Positions 54,910 through 64,000 of a stretch of DNA of 64,000 nucleotides are shown here, piece by piece (within the stretch, counting starts at the first letter, position 1; each line of letters opens with the position of its first letter). This DNA is from a virus: positions 91,028-155,027 of IMG/VR virus record IMGVR_UViG_3300017917_003859. The stretch is one strand, 5' to 3'. The notes below the pieces were generated by a model. That model did not search any database. It was not told the DNA's origin and worked only from the letters and a program-made list of their open reading frames with translations. The position numbers and the translations under genes were made by a program.

Positions 54910-57900
54910 ATGTTAGATACAAGTAAAATTAGAGTAACATCTGTAGCAGATGTTGATACAAAAGATTATCCAGATTTCTGTGATGCATATATTGAAGAAG
55001 CAGAATGGGAAGATGGTACTTCATTAACAGATGATGAATTAGAAGAATTAAATGAAGATGGAGAGTTTGTTTATGAAGCAATAATGAATTGGTTATATTA
55101 AAAATAACACGCACATGACTGGAATCACATTCATCAAAATCCAACCTAAATACTTCAGCAAGGGGGATATCATTTCGGATTATTCACCTCTATTACCTGA
55201 TTCTGAATATTATGAAGTTGTAAATGTATATAAATATAATATTCATTTACGAAATGTAAATACAAAAACCAATTTACATATAGAATACAGTAGTAAATCA
55301 TATTGGTATTGCTTGGAATTAACAGATGGGTGCCTTGGCTAGGCTTACAAAATCTTTGAATGTATATTTATCACATTATGAAAAAAGATAAGAAATATAA
55401 ACTAAAGGAACATTGGTCAAAGAGACTAGGTAAATTACAGTTTATAAACAATCAAAACGAAAGGTTTCTAATTGGTAAAAATCATTCAGACATTCGTTTT
55501 AGATTAACTCAATTAGCAATTAAATTCAAATTATAATGGAAACAAAACACACAAAAGGAGAATGGATTTTTGAAAAAGAAAGCCAAATATATTCAAACGG
55601 TATAGGTATATTTATTAAATCAAGAAAAGATAATTCAACAATTTGTCACATGGCTTGTGAAAGTGATTTAGATGTAGCCAACGCTAAATTAATATCAGCA
55701 GCTCCTGAATTATTAGAGGCTTTAGAGTATGCTCTTGAATTTTTACCTAAAGACGTTCAAAGAAAAGCTAAACAAGCAATTAACAAAGCAACAAAATAAT
55801 ATGAAACATAGTCTAATTTTTCCAAAACAAGCATTTTTAAGTGATTATTTGGAAGCAATAATTATTTGCTTAAATTAATAGGCTTACATAATCTATTAAT
55901 GTATATTTAGTTAAATTAAAAAATAAAGGTTATGAAAAGATTAAGTAAAGAAGCAACTGATAGAGTTGAAGGTTTAACAAACACGATTGCTCTAAATTTA
56001 TTCAAAACATCAATTAATGTAATCATACAAGATATGGTTAGTGAAGGATGGGAACATGAAGATGTAAGAGATTACATGTTTGATACAATTGAATCCAAAA
56101 TTGAGGAGCATCAACATCAAGATAAAGAAGAAGATTGGAAACAATATTGGGTATTTGAAAGTTGTTAGGCTTACAAAATCCACTTACATATATTTAGTCT
56201 AAATAAATAAAAATAATAGGTTATGACTGATAGTTTCGATTATATTGATAATTGGTTTTGGGATTATAATGACCGTTGTTGGAAAGTAAAATTACTAAAT
56301 GAGAAGATTATCCAACCAGGTGATAGAGTACTAATCAAATTCAGTAATGGAAATTTTACAGGTACTGTAAAACAAGTAGCTGGGTTTGGTTCAAATGAAG
56401 ATAGAGCAGTCATATCTGTTTTATTTCCAGGTAGATCTAAAGGTAAAAAAATACATATTACAAATGTATTAGATAAAGTCTAAAATAAAGGTTATGAAAA
56501 AAACAATATATTATTGGTATCGCAATGAAAAACCAATTACTGGTGAATTAATTGAAAAAACTACTGAAAAAGAGAATGGAGAAGTAATAGAATATTTAGA
56601 AATAAAAACTAAATATGTTATAGCATTTTTTTGGAGAGAAGAAGGAACAGATCAATGGTATGATGAACATACAAATGAAGTATTTGTAAGTCATAAAAAA
56701 CCAAAATATAAAAAACCAGAACATATATTTCCACTTTATGATTAAATAATAGGTTATGAAAAAAGCATTTGAAGCATTAGTATCACTAGTTCAACTAGCA
56801 TTAGCAATATTACTTATATGGATGTATATTGAGGTATGGATTAATGCTTGGAAAGAAAAAAAATACATTAAATTCATAATAATGAGTATTATACCAGCAA
56901 TAATAATACACGCTGTAATTGAACAAGAGTACAAAAACTCAAAATATGTACTTCACCATCCCGTAGTAAATAATCCAGACTTAATTAGAAACAAATAATA
57001 TGAAGTTAATTGAAATAGAACACAGCCAACTCAAACCTGGAGACCACGTTTGTGATATAAGTAATGTTGAACGAGGAATAATGTTTGAAGTAATTAAAGT
57101 AGATCAAGATATAGCATATATGAAACTACTTAGTAAAGACAAATATGTGCCTTACATTATGTATGGTGATGATAAAGAGTATTATCCTTTTAATCCGTGT
57201 TTTTGGTATTTAATTAATTATTAGTATGAAGACTAAAGAAGAAATAGAAACCCATTTATCAGAGCTTCAAGCCCAATACAATCAACTTACAGAATGGCAT
57301 GACAAAGCATATCAAAAATATATCGATGATAAAAGATGGTGGGGTAGAGATGCTGATAGGGGAGAAGTAGATCACACCAATGATTTATTAAGTGAATGTC
57401 ATAATGAAATAAAATTATTAAAATGGGTGTTAAATATAGTTGATTAATTTATTAGGCTTACAAAATTTTCAAACATATATTTACAACAATTAAATAAATA
57501 AATAACAATTAAAACCATACAACCATGAAAAAACAAACTAAAGAAAAAACACCATTCACAATTTTCATTAATCCAAAAATTGAAAAACAATTAGAAAACG
57601 GACCATTACTCAGAGCAACAGGACAAGTAATAGTATATAAAACAACAGAAGGAAAATGGGGTGCTGATGTTGAAATAATAGAAATAAATGAAATTATACT
57701 GATGGGAGTATCAATTAAAGAATATAAAGAACAAAAAGCTGCAATAGAACATTTCAAAAACATGGGTATTAATTTATATGATGTAATGGATAAAGAATTA
57801 GATGAAATATTTGCATGTAGTGGAGATGTAGAACAATTTGTGTTTGAACAAATAGGAATTAAATTAACGTAGTTGTGTGTGAATGGTTGGGGGTGTAAAA

Positions 57901-60900
57901 AGCCCCCTTCTATTTTACTAGGCATACACTATTAATTAACATATATTCAAACAAATTAAATAATATGATACCTGAAATTCACGGATACTACCAATGTTCA
58001 AACGCTTGTAGTTATGGTGTCCATATCTCAGATGATATGGAACAAGCCAAATTAATTATGAATGATGAAGACTGTACAGTTACAGACTGGCTAGATATAG
58101 AATGGATAGCATCAAATGATGATGATGAAGAATACGAACCGGTCATTGATCCAAATGGATATAACGTGCCATTAAATCTAGTTATCAAAAAGAACTAGGC
58201 TTACAAAATTTACTAACATATATTTATATAAATTAAAAATAAAGGTTATGAGTAAAAAGAAAAAATATTCAGATACAGAATTAATCACAGCAGATTGGAA
58301 AGACATAGGTGGGGCTTTTGACTCAATGGTTAAAGCAGCACAAGCTATGGGTCTATATGTTTATTCTGCTCCATCTTTTGAAGGTGGTGATGATTATGCT
58401 TTAATTATTTCTAAAGTACCTTATAAAAGTAATGAAGAAGCAGAAGCTGCAGCTATGGGGTTTAATAAAAAAGAATATAAAAAATATTTGAATGGAGAAG
58501 AGGTTTAATTAATCCATTAGGCTTACACTACTTTTTAACATATATTTACTTTAAATAATTAAAATATGTCACACACAAATAAATACACATTTCAAGGTAT
58601 TCGATGGATACCTGGGTATAATGATTTTGATCATGATGATTATGAAATTGAAGCTCAAGATGAAAAAGAAGCATGGGATAAATTAAGAAAAACATCCAAA
58701 TATTGGAAAGCAGTAGATATAACTCACATTAATGGGATATCTGTAGATAAAAACAACATTAAATAATTAAAAAACACACATATGGAAAATATCGTTAAAC
58801 AAACACTCGAAAAAACACTAAATGAACTTTACGACCAAATCGAAACCAAACAACAAGGACACGACCAATTACTATCAAATGGTGTTCATGAAATAGTAGA
58901 TTCTATTGATGACTTATTCAAAGAATTCATCATCAAGGTTTCAGAAACAGAAATATCATTTAAGCATAAAGAAAACCATTCATGGTATGACTTCAGAATA
59001 AATCGAACTACCAACTATGGTTCAGAAGAAAAAACATTTAAGGAAGCAAAACTATCCTACAGTTCATATAGTGAACTAGACAAAACAGGTCTTGAAATGA
59101 CTGTTTGTATAGGATCACTAGCACGCCACTGCTTATATAACACAAATGAATGGAGAGATTTAGTTGGTTTAATGAACTACTCATTGGAACTATATAAAAC
59201 TGAAATTAAAGAGCTAAGTAGTCAAACATACAAAATACGTAATGAAATAAAACGTATTGAAGATGAAGAAAAAAACAACCAATTCAATGATATATTCAAC
59301 AAAGGTACATTCAAATTAAAAGAATCAATTCGTTTTGATTATGGACCTAGTAGATATGACTATGTTAAATCAGATGAATTTTTTTGGGAAGAAAATAAAG
59401 GCGGAAAAACATATACATTAAGTTATATGGAACATAGAAGATCAAACCCACACATGAATGAGAATGGAGATATACTAGAACCGGTTTATGAAAGAGTAAA
59501 ACGTATGGTTCATAAACGAATCAAGAAAGCAGATCTAGAGCGATTCATAAAATATAATGTAAATAAAATAGTGTAGGCTGTTAGGCTTACACAATCTACT
59601 AACATATATTTACTTCAAATAAAAATAATGGAAGATAGAGAAGCAGATTTTATTATATATTGTACAATAATAATATTAATTATTGCGCTTTTTTTATAAT
59701 TAAAAAATAAAGGTTATGAAAACAATTACAACTCACACCAACGGTGATTTTCAATTGACTAAACAAGAAAGACATGAAATCTACAAACAAATGGTAGAAC
59801 ATGACTTCTACTTATGTATCAAAGCTAGAGATATACTTACTGAAAAATATATGTATATAGATGATATGTTTCACAAAACAGATATTGATTCTTATGGTTT
59901 AGTTAAAAAATATTTACCTGAATTATATATGTTTGTTGAGAATACATGTGGTGATGCTCTGGAAGTTTTATGTCCTGGGTTTGGTTCGTTTGAAGTTGGA
60001 AAAATTAGAAAAATAATAGTAGATTTTTGTGTGGAGATGACTAAACCTGAAAAAAATAAAAGATAAATTTGAATATATTTTTTATTTTAAAATTTATTAG
60101 GCTTACATAATCTACCAACATATATTTACTTTATTATAAAATTAAATATTAAACATATGAAAATCACACTCACACCTCAAGAATCGGAAAACTATTTCCA
60201 CTCAGCATTATGTAACAGTTTAGATTATATGTCTGGATACGGACTGGAGTTAGACTATGAAGCAACCGCCTATAAAGAAGCCAGAACCAAACTAGACAAT
60301 CCATGTTTTGAAGATGTACTAATACAATTACTCAAAGATGGTGGAACATTAACATTAGTAGATATAGAAAACGAAGGAGACATGACTAGATCTATTAATA
60401 TTCAAGATGTACATGAACGAGTACAACACACTCCATTCAGTCATTTAGTAGATATGGTAAATGAAGAAGACGACGCTACAACAGGTGACGTAATACTACA
60501 AACAGTATTCTTTTCAGAAATAATATTTGGTTAGGCTTACACAATCTACTAACATATATTTACATTAAATAATTAAAACACACAACTATGAATCCATTTG
60601 ATAAACCATTCAACACTTGGACAATCGAAGATTTTCAAGACGCACTAAAAATCACTCAGGCAAATCAAAACAAACCAACAACAATTCAAATTGGACCTAC
60701 ATCACTAAACGTTACAGCTCATTTTTCAAAATCAATAGGTCTACCTATACCACCTACAATTGATATAGTTGAACTAGAACGAGACGAACCAATTGTAGAA
60801 AAACAACCCAAAATAAAAGATACAAAATATACTCGAATGAAAGCATTTCATAAAGAGTTACAAGCATTTATCAGTACATTACAAGGCAAAAATGGTAAAT

Positions 60901-62611
60901 TGGATGTAAAAACAATTAAACTAGCAATAAATAAATTACCTAGAACACATTCAGTACATACCACTTACAGAGCATATCTAGAAAAATGTAGATGGAAACA
61001 AAGACAACACTACTTAGAGAAATGGGGCACAACAGGATGTTTTTGGGAATTAACTGATTATGATAGGTTAAGTAAACATATGAAATATATGAATGGATAT
61101 TATTATGAGTTCGCTTATAAGGCAAGATTAGGATACTTAGGTGCACAAGTAAGTGTATATAAAAATTATATAAAATGCTAGGCTTACAAAATCTACTAAC
61201 ATATATTTACAACAATTAAATAAATAATATACACATATGAAAACAACATTTGAATTCATTAAAGAAACAGACGCTACGGGTGAAACATATTACTATACTA
61301 AAAAAGATGGAGAACTAGTATCCGGCACCCTATCATTTGATTATGATTTAGCCCTTGAAAGATATAACAAAGTAATAAATGGGGTTAAAAAAATAGTAGA
61401 GGTACTCAAAACAGAAACTATAGAATATAAATAGATTTTATTAGGCCTACACTATCTTTTAACATATATTTATATTATAAATTTAAAAAATAAATAATAA
61501 TTTAAAAACACACAATTATGACACAACTAGAACAACTAAAACAAGACCTAGCAAACTTAACAGAACGTGTTAACTGCGCAATGGCATTAACTGATGGCTC
61601 AATCTACCTAACACGAGACCAACTAAAAGACCTAATCAACACAATCACACAACAAACAATGGAACACTTTGAAAACGAACTAAAAGATATAGACCTAGAT
61701 ATAGAGGATTATATTAATTTAGATTTAGATTATAACAGAACAATTCAAGTAGACTTTGATAATGGATCATACTTTAGGGATATCAAAGCTAACCTAACAG
61801 AACCTGATGAAATCACAGATGAGGATATTGATGCAATTGTGGAAAAATATAAATAAATTCATTAGGCTTACATAATTTACTAACATATGTTTACCTTAAA
61901 TAATTAAAACACACAACTATGGAAAACATTAATGAAAAAAACGTATTAGATTCATGTCCACAAGTAATCTATAATTATCCAAAACAAGAAGGTAAAAAAC
62001 AACTCTCCCCAGATGTAGATATTATACATATACATGCCTGTAAAGATGTATTTTATATTACTATACAAATCACACCCTGGGATATAGAATGGATAGATAA
62101 TCAAACATATAAAACATTAGAATCTGCTATTGATATATTTAAAAAGAGAGGTTATGATAAAGCAGTTGAACTATATGGTAAAACAAACTGTATGGAATTA
62201 ATTGAAAACAATACTATCTTCGACAAACTAGTTCCAGGATATGGCGCTGCCTCTACAATAGAGGGAGAAATGTTAAGAGCATACGCTAAAATAAACTATA
62301 GATTTTGTAATGATGGAGATGTAGTTGGGATAGGATATGGAAAAGAAACAACTGGAGCACCATATGCTTTTTTAATGGATATGGCAAAAATGTATCCTTA
62401 TGATTTTAGTGGGCTTGAGTATAAATTAGATGATTTGAGAAACGAAAATGAAGATAAAGAAAGCTACAGATGTATTCTAGAAGAAATAGGAACAGACATT
62501 GCTAAAGGTATCGTTTTAAAAGGCACTCAATTAACACCTGATAGATACGATATGCTTTCAGATGAATATTATAATAAAGCTATAAAGATGTTTGGTAAAT
62601 TTGATGAATAA
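54910..62611 (+). CDS. About 20 small early hypothetical genes, many acidic
   Basis: ORFs of about 60-265 aa, most immediately downstream of a promoter repeat. Confidence 0.7.
57889..57916 (+). terminator. Intrinsic terminator
   Basis: GGGGG...CCCCC stem followed by TTCTATTTT. Confidence 0.6.
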
Positions 62612-62654
62612 TTCATTAGGCTTACACAATCTACTAACATATATTTACTTCAAA

Positions 62655-62808
62655 TAAAAATAAATAAAACGTTATGTGACAAATTAGGGATGAGTGGTGT
62701 TGGATGGGTGGAAGACTGTTGTGTGTGTGAACAAGGGTGGTGATAGGTGGGGGTGGTGGTGTTGGCGAAAATCCAACCCCCTCATTCACCTCACCACCTC
62801 TTTTCTTA
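62655..62808 (+). ncRNA. Promoter-driven G/T-rich non-coding element ending in a long hairpin
   Basis: Promoter at 62617, ATG-TGA only, G-rich tract, hairpin 62735-62799 followed by a T tract. Confidence 0.55.
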
Positions 62809-62939
62809 TAGACAACAGATATCTGTATATACTGTTAGGCTTACACCGTAAAGTCACATATATTTACATTATAAGTTACGGAAAATCACAAACACAGCCA
62901 ACATCTTTACGGAAAATGGCAAAAACAAAACACACAACT

Positions 62940-63158
62940 ATGGAAACAACAAACTACAAAACAGAATTAAGTTCAAGAATAATAAACTTGATAGCAGAGT
63001 GTTGGGATTACAACCTGAAAGTATTAGTGGAAGTGGAAAAAGACAATTTAGAAAAAGCTGATTTATATAAAATGGTATGTGAGGATATAGAAGAGGAAAT
63101 TGAAGTGTTGATGTTAATAGAGGATGCATTGTACAATAATAGACCTAACATTAAGTAA
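62940..63158 (+). CDS. Acidic hypothetical protein (probable true start of track ORF 62694)
   Basis: ACACACAACT-ATG leader after promoter 62836. Confidence 0.65.
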   Translation: METTNYKTELSSRIINLIAECWDYNLKVLVEVEKDNLEKADLYKMVCEDIEEEIEVLMLIEDALYNNRPNIK

Positions 63159-63219
63159 CGTACAAAACAACTATTTAAAAACTAGGCCTACAAAATTATA
63201 GTACATATATTTATATTAA

Positions 63220-63351
63220 ATGAAAAGTAATTTAAAACAAATAGAAGTAACTATTCAGGATATTTGGAATGCATCACGTCCAACAATCCAACGTAACAAG
63301 AAAAAATATACAAGAAAAGACAAACATAGAAGTAAAATGTTTGGCAATTAA
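63220..63351 (+). CDS. Small basic peptide (43 aa, KKKYTRKDKH)
   Basis: ORF after promoter 63183. Confidence 0.55.
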   Translation: MKSNLKQIEVTIQDIWNASRPTIQRNKKKYTRKDKHRSKMFGN

Positions 63352-63374
63352 AGATATTTTTTGTATATTTATTA

Positions 63375-63668
63375 TGGAACACAAATCCAAACCACTACGG
63401 GCTTCCTACGGGATGTAACTCCAAAAATAGTGTTTTAGGTAATGGTTCAAACAAACGTTCATTATTAGTTTAGGCAAACAAAAGCATTAATGCACCCGGT
63501 CCACATAACCGGATTTTAATTTGACAAGAACACCCGTACCGCTAGCCGACCTAGCTAGATGCGTGAATGGTGTGAGTTGATAGTAGAGCAAGACGATGTG
63601 AGTTAAAATTGATATAAATGCTGGTCAACAATCTCGGGCCGGCTCTCATACTGCTTGTTTAATCAATA
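63375..63668 (+). ncRNA. Unassigned ~290-nt structured RNA
   Basis: No long ORF, raised GC, many nested helices with G-U pairs, upstream TTGG-N19-TATATTTA. Confidence 0.6.
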
Positions 63669-63728
63669 GTTAGGCTTACAGAACAACCTAACATATATTT
63701 ACAACATAATAATAAAATAATAAAGGTT

Positions 63729-63899
63729 ATGGAAGAATTAATTATTAAAAAACTAACAGGTGGTTTATTAGGTATGAAAAATGGTACTAAAAAACCAACC
63801 GATGTTGCTCCTTGGTTAAATAAATTAAAACCTATCAATCCAGGAATGTATGAGGACTATCTAGTTAAGTATAAAGAAACATTAAATTCAATTAAATAA
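63729..63899 (+). CDS. Small hypothetical protein (56 aa)
   Basis: AATAAAGGTT-ATG leader after promoter 63671. Confidence 0.6.
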   Translation: MEELIIKKLTGGLLGMKNGTKKPTDVAPWLNKLKPINPGMYEDYLVKYKETLNSIK

Positions 63900-64000
63900 T
63901 TAGGCTTACATAATATGTTAACGTATATTTAGTTTAAATAAATAAAACCACCACACCCAAACACAACCAACCCAGAACGGGGGGGGGGGGGGGGGGGGGA

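Larger units (their letters stand above)
54415..63931 (+). promoter_or_regulatory. Array of 20 copies of the 31-bp promoter repeat TAGGCTTACA-N11-CATATATTTA
   Basis: Copies at 54415, 54853, 55340, 55879, 56166, 57453, 57919, 58196, 58518, 59582, 60098, 60532, 61179, 61442, 61863, 62617, 62836, 63183, 63671, 63901; further copies at 17445, 29513, 35841, 36721, 39992, 41675, 46446, 50623; spacing fixed. Confidence 0.88.

Noticed and set aside
62694-62939. N-terminal part of track ORF 62694..63158
   Set aside because: It reads through the G-rich hairpin and a promoter repeat; the canonical leader points to ATG 62940.
54415-63931. CRISPR array (repeats plus a Cas4-like gene at 11660)
   Set aside because: The repeats are separated by whole genes of hundreds of bp, vary internally and fit a promoter; no cas operon is present.

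Overview
This is a 64 kb, very AT-rich segment of a large tailed dsDNA phage, with essentially all genes on the + strand. The host is probably a Bacteroidota species: genes lack Shine-Dalgarno sites, have A-rich AAATAAAxGTT-ATG leaders, and promoters resemble the Bacteroidota -33/-7 type. Layout: (1) 0-12.8 kb replication/chaperone module with an NTP pyrophosphatase, a family B DNA polymerase split into two genes, sliding clamp, GroES/GroEL, clamp loader and a Cas4/RecB-like nuclease; (2) 12.9-29.5 kb glycan-synthesis cluster; (3) 29.5-53 kb mixed accessory and late genes, including ClpP, a muramidase, fibre/lectin proteins, ThyA, tRNA-Glu and two aberrant tRNA-like genes; (4) 54-64 kb array of small early genes, most behind their own copy of a 31-bp promoter repeat, ending in two promoter-driven structured non-coding elements. 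Main candidates for new biology: a shared N-terminal leader (MKKSxL[RK]QIIxEE..LxE and relatives) fused to unrelated cargo, including an Acb1-like nuclease, read as a possible capsid-loading tag; Leu-type tRNA bodies whose anticodon arms are replaced by large folded inserts; an unassigned ~290-nt structured RNA; promoter-bounded gene cassettes; and a possible 5-nt ribosomal stop-hop. All family calls come from motif reading by eye, with no database searches.
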